Source: Octopus sinensis
Lineage: Eukaryota
Assembly: GCF_006345805.1 (NCBI RefSeq)
Contig: NW_021826953.1
Location: 1 to 12,000 of the forward strand
Length of the DNA stretch: 12,000 bases
Direction of reading: 5' to 3'
Part shown: in pieces, positions 1-8,768 of the stretch
How the letters are laid out: each line of letters opens with the position of its first letter
Numbering within the stretch: position 1 is the first letter of the stretch
Made by a program: the position numbers and the translations under genes
Notes under the pieces: model-generated
The model's input: the letters and a program-made list of their open reading frames with translations, nothing else
What the model was told of the DNA's origin: nothing
Databases searched by the model: none

Positions 1-50
1 GGCACTACCCCATTGTTGTTGGTATATGGAGCAGCATAAATACATATGAA

Positions 51-141
51 TACATGCATATGCATATACATATAGACATTCATACATACATATATAAGCA
101 TGAAGCTATATGTTTGCATATATACATATATGTGTATATAT

Positions 142-218
<77 letters not shown>
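51..218. repeat. (TA)n/(TACA)n microsatellite
   Basis: Directly visible dinucleotide and tetranucleotide runs. Confidence 0.95.
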
Positions 219-220
<2 letters not shown>

Positions 221-299
221 CTTCTTACCTATACATAAAAGTAGCAAGAATCACGGCAATGATAACTACAGTAAAAATAATGCGATAAGTAAATGAAAA

Positions 300-1130
300 T
301 GCGAATGAGAATTCCTCCACTGCTGAATACAAAACATGCTTAGGAAGCTGCCTAAAGCAAAAACTGTCATTAAAGTGATAAAAATATGGACCATGCAATC
401 GTTGAGATATTCTGTTCCTATTTTTATTTCTTTCTGGACAAATTCAGAAGGATATGAATTAGATAGAAGGGCTAGGAAGCTGCTGGGTATGCATATCGCA
501 CAACGCCATGAAAATAATATCGGCAGGGTTTGTTTATCAAGAAAAGAACTGGAGTAGAATTGTGTTCAATACAGACGACTGCGTTTGAAAAGCAACGTTG
601 TGCACAGTGAAGGAATATTACTATCTGCGTTTAGAAATACATAAGAATCACTGAAACATTAAAAGATTTCAAGAATAAAATGAACGACAAGTAGGTGGGA
701 AAAGGAATAGCTAAATAGCCAATTCATGCGACAAACCGTTGATATTGGAAGTGAAGAATGCCGTGCCAGAAATGAATATGTGAAAGAAAAACGGTATCAC
801 TAGTCATAATAGTTGAGGGGCGATTTTCAGTAGTAAAAAATTATTTCGTAAAGAAAAAGGACAGATAGAATTCAGTTAGACAGGTTACATAAAATGTGTG
901 GAAAAGCGGAGAAACGTATTAACTATCATTTAAGCGAGTGTCGTAAGATGACAAAAATGGGTGCTGGGTATAAACCGCAGATGCGTTTCATTGTTAAAGG
1001 AATGCATTGCAATGGTGACCAATATATAGTTTAAAGTAATGGGAAAGCTTGAACACGAGTCAGGGTCTCGCTTGGGGAACTGTAATACAGGGTTTCCAGA
1101 TCATTGCGTTTGAAATATCATATGATAGTA
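300..1130 (+). mobile_element. Degenerate R4/Dong-clade (RLE-type) non-LTR retrotransposon fragment, post-RT region through CCHC zinc knuckle
   Basis: ORF 336-557 reads VIKIWTMQSLRYS...ELDRRARKLLGMH...IGRVCLSRKE, resembling the R4/Dong pattern AINTWAV..LRYS...LDRKTRKL.TMH..HP..DV.RLY..RK.GGRG. The same frame gives W(696)EKE*LNSQFMRQT (cf. W..K.LHGQF.RQ) and 879-1031 DRLHKMCGKAEKRINYHLSECRKM (cf. CR.C....ET..H..S.C..LA). LAWGTVIQ near 1070 resembles ILWDF.IQ. Stops and frameshifts present. Alignment by eye against remembered consensus. Confidence 0.8.
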
Positions 1131-1136
1131 GAATGA

Positions 1137-1520
1137 GTGGAGGCGCAATGGCCCAGTGGTTAGGACAGCGGACTCGCGGTCATAGGATCGCGGTTTCGAT
1201 TCCCAGACCGGGCGTTGTGAGTGTTTATTGAGCGAAAACACCGAAAAGCTCCACGAGGCTCCGGCAGGGGGTGATGATCCCTGCTGTACTCTTTCACCAT
1301 AACTTTCTCTCACTCTTACTTCCTGTTTCTGTTGTACCTGTATTTCAAAGGACCGGCCTTGTCACTCTCTGTGTCACGCTGAATATCCCCGAGAACTACG
1401 TTAAGAGTACACGTGTCTGTGGAGTGCTCAGCCACTTACACGTTAATTTCACGAGCAGGCTGTTCCGTTGATCGGATCAACCGGAACCCTCGTCGTCGTA
1501 ACCGACGGAGTGCTTCCAAC
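1137..1520 (+). mobile_element. tRNA-derived SINE (family 1), apparently full length
   Basis: A box TGGCCCAGTGG 1149-1159, B-box-like GGTTTCGATTCC 1192-1203, anticodon-arm-like GAC-TCGCG-GTC between them, then a ~300-bp GC-richer body with sharp edges against AT-rich flanks. No TSD seen. Confidence 0.8.
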
Positions 1521-1638
1521 CGGTAAATCCCATCTTGCATTGCCTCCAAGATGAGAAATTACTGGAAATTTAGAAAAGTCTATACTTATTTACATTATTT
1601 ACATTCGACGGATATTTGTCCTCATCTTGTTTGTTGTT

Positions 1639-1684
1639 AACACAACGTTTCGGCTGATATACCCTTTAGCCTTCGTCAGGTGTC
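1639..1684 (-). ncRNA. Minimal type I hammerhead ribozyme-like motif (HHR1)
   Basis: GACAC-CUGACGA-A-GGCU(12 nt)AGCC-GAAA-C|G-U-U^-GUGUU: stem I GACAC/GUGUU, stem II GGCU/AGCC, loopless palindromic stem III ACGU, predicted cut between 1644 and 1643. Confidence 0.65.
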
Positions 1685-1731
1685 TTGGGGAAATTTCGAA
1701 CCTGGGTTCTCATTCCTTAAGTATTTTTCGA

Positions 1732-1747
1732 TGTTGTTGTTGTTGTT

Positions 1748-1779
<32 letters not shown>

Positions 1780-1909
1780 TATTATTATTATTATTACTAT
1801 TGTTATTATTATTGAGTGAGAGAGCAGTGCATGCCATCAAAGTGACACAGGGGTAAAATATACGAAGCCCAGCATACACATTATTATCATTATCATCATC
1901 ATCATCATC

Positions 1910-1977
<68 letters not shown>

Positions 1978-1995
1978 CATTATTATTATTATTAC

Positions 1996-2062
<67 letters not shown>
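1732..2062. repeat. (GTT)n(ATC)n(ATT)n microsatellite, interrupted at 1814-1880
   Basis: Directly visible trinucleotide runs. Confidence 0.95.
1814..1880 (-). mobile_element. Short 5'-truncated retroposon 3' end inserted in the ATT tract
   Basis: 67-bp complex island inside a microsatellite; on the minus strand it ends ...CTCTCTCACTC followed by (AAT)n, like a LINE or SINE tail. Family not established. Confidence 0.4.
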
Positions 2063-2066
<4 letters not shown>

Positions 2067-2344
2067 TCACTGGGGTTAGTCGCCCGCGCTCTTAACTAAT
2101 ACGCCATATGCCCAAGGACAAATATCCGTCAAATGTAAACAATGTACATAATTCCTCATCTTTTAAATATAGAAAATTCTATACTGTTAATTCCCATCGC
2201 TGCTTTGAGGTTCCCTGAGAGCGTCATTACTCTTCCGCCTCACTAGTCCTCTACAGAACGCCAGCGTGAAAGTTCGATGGATCACATGACTCGATTCCAG
2301 AGGTGTTAGTGCCTCACTACAATCAAGGTGCAAGGTGTCCAGTC

Positions 2345-2560
2345 TTGGAGAATTTTTAGTCGAATGAATCAGCCCCAGTACTTGTACTTCTTAAGCCTGT
2401 TACTTATTCTATCAGTATCTTTTTGCCGAACTGCTAAGTTACAGGGACGCAAATATACCAATACCGATTGTCAAGAGGGGCAACACAAATGCACACATAC
2501 GCACACAGACACAGACACACACACACACACACATACTCACACACAAACACACACACATAC
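2345..2560 (-). mobile_element. 3' part of SINE family 2 plus its (TG)n tract
   Basis: Aligns by eye with 7545-7690 (agtcgaa.gaatc..cccag.actt...taagc...tacttattctatc.gt...ttttg.cga.c.gctaagttac.ggga), followed by a CA repeat as in that copy. Confidence 0.75.
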
Positions 2561-3006
2561 AAGGGATATATGAAAAGTTTTGAGCCTTCAAGGCCTTTGA
2601 GCCTTGAAGTCTTGTACCAGGTTTTTTCCTTTTTTAGAGGATCGAGACTTTTCGTAAACCCCTTGTATATATAAACCCTGAGTAATATAAATCCCATAAA
2701 CCGGCCATAACTATCTTTATCTAATTACTCTACTGCCCTATAACTTAGAGTGTGATTCTCTCTTGGATTGATGATTTAGCGATAAATATATATTTCAAGT
2801 TGTGGATTCTATTTGCCATGTCGCCCGAGGACAGTTTTTTATCGTGAGGAGAAATGATATGAGTAAGATAATGGCTTTATAGCGGTTTTTGGGTGCTGTT
2901 TTTAACATGTAAGGGTTTTTTAATCCTCTTAGCTATAATTGTGACTTAGCTATAATTGTTCATAATTATAAACGTTTTTCTTCGTGTGTGTATATATATA
3001 TATATA

Positions 3007-3122
3007 CTTTATTTAAAGCAGCAGAAAATTCAACAAAACCTGTTACTCTGAGCTTCCCGTTGCCGTTCATCGGACAGTTTTTGCTAGCAAAAACTGTCCG
3101 ATGAACGGCAACGGGAAACTCA
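3007..3122 (-). mobile_element. PLE pseudo-LTR-like remnant with inverted 5' duplication (64-bp perfect palindrome 3054-3117)
   Basis: Palindrome centred on TA at 3085/3086, extending to 3049-3122 with one mismatch. The minus strand ends TTTAAATAAAG then TA repeat. Contains HHR2. Confidence 0.6.
3040..3077 (-). ncRNA. Minimal type I hammerhead-like motif (HHR2), variant or mutated core
   Basis: CUGU-CCGAUGA-A-CG(GCAA)CG-G-GAAG-CUC(A)GAG-UA^-ACAG: stem I CUGU/ACAG, GNRA-capped stem II, stem III CUC/GAG. Core has C at U4 and GAAG; the mirrored arm at 3094-3121 retains GAAA. Confidence 0.55.
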
Positions 3123-3149
3123 TATCTATATATATATATATATATATAT

Positions 3150-3230
<81 letters not shown>
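3123..3230. repeat. (TA)n/(TACA)n microsatellite
   Basis: Directly visible. Confidence 0.95.
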
Positions 3231-3340
3231 AGAATTTTTTGCGTAATGAGATAAAAACCAAGGCTGTGTAGATATCAGAACATTTATAGATAGGTCTTAC
3301 AGCTGTTTCCAGGATATTTATTAATTATATCCCTTCATCA
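3231..3340 (-). mobile_element. Second PLE-like remnant containing 5'-truncated hammerhead HHR3 (3294-3340)
   Basis: Minus strand UGAUGA-A-GGGAUAU(9 nt)AUAUCCU-G-GAAA-CAG|CUG-UA^-AGAC; palindromic stem III ACAGCUGU 3299-3306. C3 and the 5' strand of stem I are replaced by TA repeat. Confidence 0.55.
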
Positions 3341-3350
3341 TATATATATA

Positions 3351-3510
3351 TACGGTGTGCTTCTTCCAGTTTCATTCTAACAAATCTACTCGCAAAGCTT
3401 TTGTCCGCCCGAGGCTATAGCATGAGATACTTGCCGAAGGTACCACGGAGTGTGACTGAGAACGGAAGCATGTGACAGGAAAACAAGCTTCTTACCACAC
3501 AACTCTACCG
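3351..3510 (-). mobile_element. 5' part (tRNA-like head + CORE-like domain) of SINE family 2, diverged
   Basis: Homologous to 8768-8908 (cccgaggctatag, gatacttgcc, acaagcttcttaccacac). Minus strand GTGGTACCTTCGGCAAGTATCTC resembles the CORE-SINE motif GTGACCTTGGGCAAGT. Confidence 0.75.
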
Positions 3511-3570
3511 GTGAGGAATGTAGGTTGCTGAAGAGTTAATCAATTAAATTGGCCAGTGGTTTAAGAAGAG

Positions 3571-3668
3571 TGAGACAAAGTTTACCTCGATGGGATTTGA
3601 ACTTGAAATGCAAAAGGTGAGCATAAATTCCATAAAGCATTTTGTTCGACGCTCTTACGATGCTGCTG
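3571..3668 (-). mobile_element. Highly diverged fragment of SINE family 3
   Basis: acaaagtttacctcgatgggatttgaactt...aagcattttgttcgacgctcttacgatgctgc aligns with gcaaagtcgacctcggcggaatttgaactc...aagcatttcgcccgg.gtgctaacg.ttctgc in the 9.1-11.1 kb copies. Confidence 0.6.
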
Positions 3669-3746
3669 ATATCTATTCAACCCTGAACCTTCAACTCCTG
3701 CCTTAAATGGTAACTGCTAATATAAGCACAAGCCTTGAATTTTAAA

Positions 3747-4165
3747 GACAGAGGAGGGAGGAAATAGAGAAAGCGGAGGTAGAGAAGAAAAGGAATGGGG
3801 AGATGGTGAAGAAGAAAAAAAGAGAAGATGAAGATGAAGAGTAAGGAGGTTGAGGAGATGATGATGAAGAAGAAGAAAAAGAAGAAGGAGAAGAAGAAGA
3901 AGGAGAAGAAAGAAGAAAGAAGAAGAAGAAGAAAACGAATATGAAGAAGAAGAAGAAGAGAAGAAGAAGAAGGAGGAGGAGGAGGAGGAGGAGGTGGAGG
4001 GGGAGAAGAGGAAAACGAAAAAGAAGAAGAAGAAAACGAAAAAGAAGGAGGAGGAGGAGGAGGAGAAGAGGAAAACGAAAAAGAAGAAAAAGAACAAGAA
4101 CAAGAACAAGAGAAAGAACAACAACAGCAACTACAACAACACGACGATGACGATGAAAATGATGA
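3747..4165. repeat. Purine-rich (GAA)n/(GAG)n tract ending in (CAA)n/(GAT)n
   Basis: Directly visible; the motif GAAAACGAA recurs at 3931, 4011, 4032 and 4071. Confidence 0.95.
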
Positions 4166-4304
4166 TATAAAACGTTACGTTCGTCGGCTTATTTTATGCT
4201 TTTTTGCTTATTTCTTTTTTATTCTTACATACCACTTTTCGCATCACAAGCTCTTTATAACCTTATAACCTTACACGGTAAATGATGTTTGTGCGTGTAG
4301 TGTA

Positions 4305-4410
4305 CCTGTGTTTATGTTTATGTTTGTGCGTATGTGTGTGTGAGAGAGAAAGAGAGAAAAAGAAACAGAAAGAGAGAGACAGAGACAGAGAGAGACAGAG
4401 AGACACACTG
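4305..4410. repeat. (TG)n then (GA)/(GACA)n microsatellite
   Basis: Directly visible. Confidence 0.9.
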
Positions 4411-4882
4411 TGTGAAAGAGATATTGAGTGAGTGATATCTAACATGGAATCGGTTGGTGTTTGTTCAGCAATTCTTTGTTATTATTTAACGTTTTTTTTT
4501 CTCAAATAGGAAAATTTCTTTTGTTCTTCCTATATACAATATTCTTTTTTATATTTGTTAATGAACTTAGAACTAAATGCTATAATTCTGAAAACAAATA
4601 AAGAACATACAAACAAAAAAAAACAAAAAACAAAACGCAATAAATAAATATATAAAGGTATAACAAACTAGCTTTCATTTGATCTCGCATCCATAACCAC
4701 CGCATATTCCACAGAATCGTGATACAGTGGGTGTGGAAATAGTGGTAGATTAAACAGAATAAACGAAGATAGAAATCAGAGGGATGTTGAAATTTTATAA
4801 TTATACGGAGAATCAGAGAATCCATTTAAACATTTAAAGAATCCGATTGAAATAGCGGCCATTTTTTTTAAACAGTATACTA

Positions 4883-5229
4883 GTGTGTTGTGTGTGCGTG
4901 CGTGTGTATATGTGCGTGTGTGTGTGCGTGCGTGTGTATATGTGCGTGTGTGTGTGCGTGTGTGTGTGCTTATAAATACATATATACATATATGCATATA
5001 TATGCATATATATATATATGTGTGTATGTATATACATATATATATATACATACATATGTATATGCGAACATGCATACATATATGTGTGTGTGTGTGTGTG
5101 TGTACGTATGTGCGTATATGCAAATATAGACAAACACACATACAAACGCATGTTTGTATATGTGTGTATGTAAATATATATATATACACATACATATATA
5201 TACATATATATTGTCTGTATATATATATA

Positions 5230-5286
<57 letters not shown>

Positions 5287-5671
5287 ATATATGGAGGGGG
5301 CGTATAAACATGACATAGAGATGTACCTGCATTTGTACATATGTGTACAAGCGTGTTAATATATATATATATAAATATATGTATGTAGTATGTATGTGTG
5401 AGTGTGTGTGCGTGTGTGTGTGCTTATAATACATATATACATATATGCATATATATGCATATATATATATATGTGTGTATGTATATACATATAATATATA
5501 CATACATATGTATATGCGAACATGCATACATATATGTGTGTGTGTGTGTGGTGTACGTATGCGTATATGCAATATAGACAAACACATACAAACGCATGTT
5601 GTATATGTGTGTATGTAAATTATATATAACACATACATATATATACATATATATGTCTGTATATATATATA

Positions 5672-5711
<40 letters not shown>

Positions 5712-5910
5712 TATACATGTATGTATATATGGAGGGGGCGTATAAACATGACATAGAGATGTACCTGCATTTGTACATATGTGTACAAGCGTGTTAATAT
5801 ATATATATATAAATATATGTATGTAGGTATGTATGTGTGAGTGTGTGCGTGTGCGGTGTGTGTGAGTGTGTGCGTGTGTGTGTGGGTGGATGCTCGTGTG
5901 TGTGTGTATT
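4883..5910. repeat. Compound TG/TA microsatellite block containing a ~440-454-bp direct tandem duplication (~4955-5408 / ~5409-5860)
   Basis: Identical 68-bp complex anchor at 5293-5360 and 5731-5798; GCTTATA anchor at 4968 and 5422; TATGCGAACATGCATAC present in both copies. Confidence 0.9.
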
Positions 5911-6089
5911 TTGCACACTCATATGTGAAGACTGTGCTTTTTCTGTTAATATCAAACTGCTGTGTGCAGAAAATGGGGCGAATGATGCATTTGTGCAGTT
6001 GTAAATTGCATATTGCATGTGATAGAGTTCAATCGTTTAATTTATAGCCGCTAGCATCTATCGATGTTACATTCGATGCTGCTTACTCG

Positions 6090-6230
6090 CATGCACACAT
6101 GCACGCGCACACAGGGACACAGACAGACACACACACATACATACATACATACATATATACATACATACATACATACATACGTACATACATACATACATAC
6201 ATACATACATACATACATACACACACGCAA
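6090..6230. repeat. (CA)n/(TACA)n microsatellite
   Basis: Directly visible. Confidence 0.95.
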
Positions 6231-6274
6231 CATCTGACACAACTAAGCACCGATTCTAATGCATAAATATGCAG

Positions 6275-6558
6275 CGCCGCCTCCACCTCCACCGTCGCCT
6301 TCACCTCCACCACCACCAACAACAACAACAACAACAACAATAACGACAACCACAGCAACAACATCACCACAGCATCAACAACAGCATCAACAACAGCATC
6401 AACATCATCATCATCATCATCATCCGCCACCATTTTATTATCGTGAACGACGTCGTCTTCACTATCAGCATCGCAATAAACATGATGACGGCCATCACCA
6501 TAATCATCGTCATCATCATCATTATCGCAGCCGTGGTCGTTGTCATCCCCATCATCAT

Positions 6559-6650
<92 letters not shown>

Positions 6651-6794
6651 CCATCGTCATCACCATCGTCATCACCATCATCATCATCATCACCGTCATC
6701 ATCTTCACCATCGTCATCATCATCATCATCATCATCATCATCACCATCATCATCATCGTCATCACCATCATCATCATCATCATCATCACCATCG

Positions 6795-6836
<42 letters not shown>

Positions 6837-6864
6837 CCATCATCATCATCGTCATCACCATCAC

Positions 6865-6902
<38 letters not shown>

Positions 6903-6970
6903 CCATCATCACCATCATCATCATCATCACCATCGTCATCACCATCGTCATCACCATCGTCATCACCATT
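6275..6970. repeat. Long (CAC)/(CAA)/(CAT)n trinucleotide mosaic
   Basis: Directly visible; source of the poly-H, poly-I, poly-D and poly-M pseudo-ORFs. Confidence 0.95.
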
Positions 6971-7489
6971 GTAGCTTTCGTTGCCGTCCTCGTCGTCATT
7001 ATCACGTGTTCTCATAAAGGCATATAACGTAAGGAAATGGCTTCCGCTAACGCCCCCCCCCCACTGCCGTAGTTTACAGCCCAGATACCAAAAAACCATT
7101 AACACGTTTTCCCCAATTTACATATCTTCAGCTCACAACTTAACAGCAATCAGCACTGACCACAAGTCGTACACAAACTGACAACAACCACAACCACAAC
7201 CACAACCACCATCATCATCATCAACACAAATAGAGCAAGCCAGAACCAAAAAGGGAGCATTCCGACAATGGAGGTGATTCGACGACACGACTGATCAGTG
7301 AAACACGTGACGGGTTCTTTTAGATGACAAGACATACACTTTGTGAAAAGAAACTACTTACATCAGTGCTTCTCAACCAGAGTCCATATAAACCCTGATG
7401 GCACGTGCAATGCTTTGGTGATCAGTAGTAATTCATTAAGTATCCCTGAAAACGGTTTGCTTCGGACTGTATTTATCGGAAGAAGCTTT

Positions 7490-7696
7490 TACACTTTGAC
7501 TTGCGTCAATCATTTGACTGCGGCCAAGCGGGAGCACCGCTTTAAGTCGAACGAATCGACCCCAGAACTTATTCTTTGTAAGCTCAGTACTTATTCTATC
7601 GGTCTTTTTTGTCGAGCCGCTAAGTTACTGGGAGATAAGCACACCAACGTCGGTTATCAAGCGATGGCGTGGGGACAAACACAGACACACAAACGT
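7490..7696 (-). mobile_element. 3' part of SINE family 2
   Basis: Homologous to 2345-2490 and 10113-10207; abuts the long TACA/TGCA tract. Confidence 0.75.
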
Positions 7697-8031
7697 ATAC
7701 ATACATACATACATACATACATACATGCATGCATGCATACATGCATACATGCATACATGCATACATGCATACATACATACATACATACATACATACATAC
7801 ATGCATGCATACATGCATGCATACATACATACATACATACATGCATGCATACATACATACATACATACATACATACATACATGCATGCATACATACATAC
7901 ATACATATATACATACATACATACATGCATGCATGCATGCATGTATGCATGCATGCATACATACATACATACATACATACGTACATACATACATACATAC
8001 ATACATACATACATACAAACATAATATATAT

Positions 8032-8113
<82 letters not shown>
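7697..8113. repeat. (TACA)/(TGCA)n then (TA)n microsatellite
   Basis: Directly visible. Confidence 0.95.
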
Positions 8114-8116
<3 letters not shown>

Positions 8117-8220
8117 AGTAATATTAATATTAGGGAAGTTATTCCGAGTCCACAGAGGAGAGAAGTTCAATTTAGTGGTACTAAAATGAATCACTCACTG
8201 TATTAATATACCTATATAAA

Positions 8221-8475
8221 TAGATAGGTTTAAGAGACAGAATCACCCTCAAGCAACTCAATTATTATTGAACGACATTATCCACGATATGTACACATAG
8301 GACTAAATATTAAATATTATAGTCTCGATAATGTAAAGCATATGATTTAGAATAAGAATTGAAGGTATTAATTTTGATAATTTTAATATTTAGTCCTATA
8401 TGTACCTATTGTGGATAATGTCGTTCAATGATGATTGAGTTGCTTGAGGGTGATTCTGTCTCTTAAACCTATCTA
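8221..8475. mobile_element. MITE-like foldback element with 94-bp inverted arms
   Basis: 8221-8314 matches the reverse complement of 8382-8475 at 89/94; 67-bp spacer; both ends are TA (possible TA TSD). Confidence 0.65.
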
Positions 8476-8483
8476 TCTATCTG

Positions 8484-8562
<79 letters not shown>

Positions 8563-8601
8563 CCCTATCTATCTATCTAGCTATCTATCTATCTATCTAT
8601 C

Positions 8602-8649
<48 letters not shown>

Positions 8650-8768
8650 AATATAATATATATATATATTATATATATATATATATATAATATATATATA
8701 TAGTAATATATATATGAAAGAAGCCTCGTATATATATAATATATATATATATATTTGTATGTATATAT
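8469..8768. repeat. (TATC)n-(TC)n-(TA)n compound microsatellite
   Basis: Directly visible. Confidence 0.95.

Larger units (their letters stand above)
1587..2169 (-). mobile_element. Composite non-autonomous retroelement: tRNA-like head + (TAA)n + hammerhead-bearing tail, with inverted terminal arm
   Basis: Minus-strand head 2113-2063 GGGCATATGGCGTATTAGTTAAGAGCGCGGGCGACTAACCCC (A-box-like TGGCGTATTAG; GGG-7 nt-CCC anticodon arm; no B box in this copy). Inverted repeat 1591-1622 / 2115-2146 (30/32). Flanking direct repeat 1571-1586 / 2170-2185 (15/16). Confidence 0.65.

Noticed and set aside
1142-1213. Possible genuine tRNA gene
   Set aside because: No acceptor stem, imperfect T arm, and it continues into a SINE body.
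2586-2609. 9-bp hairpin CTTCAAGGC/GCCTTGAAG
   Set aside because: Short and isolated; expected occasionally by chance.
2928-2959. 15-bp direct repeat CTTAGCTATAATTGT x2
   Set aside because: Ordinary local slippage duplication.
4588-4640. Minus-strand polypyrimidine tract ending TTTTCAG (possible splice acceptor)
   Set aside because: No recognisable exon product or donor site downstream; such tracts are common in AT-rich DNA.
4776-6047. Multiple YI/HT/CV-rich ORFs
   Set aside because: Dinucleotide-repeat translations.
6083-7105. 340-aa Asp-rich ORF and the overlapping His-, Ile- and Met-rich ORFs
   Set aside because: They arise from (CAT)n, which lacks stops in several frames; no complex domain or splice evidence.
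7098-7136. Minus-strand CTGAAGA...GAAAACGTG
   Set aside because: No stem II or stem I pairing; compatible with chance.
7343-8115. 231-aa and related ORFs
   Set aside because: Translations of an antisense SINE tail plus TACA/TGCA repeats.
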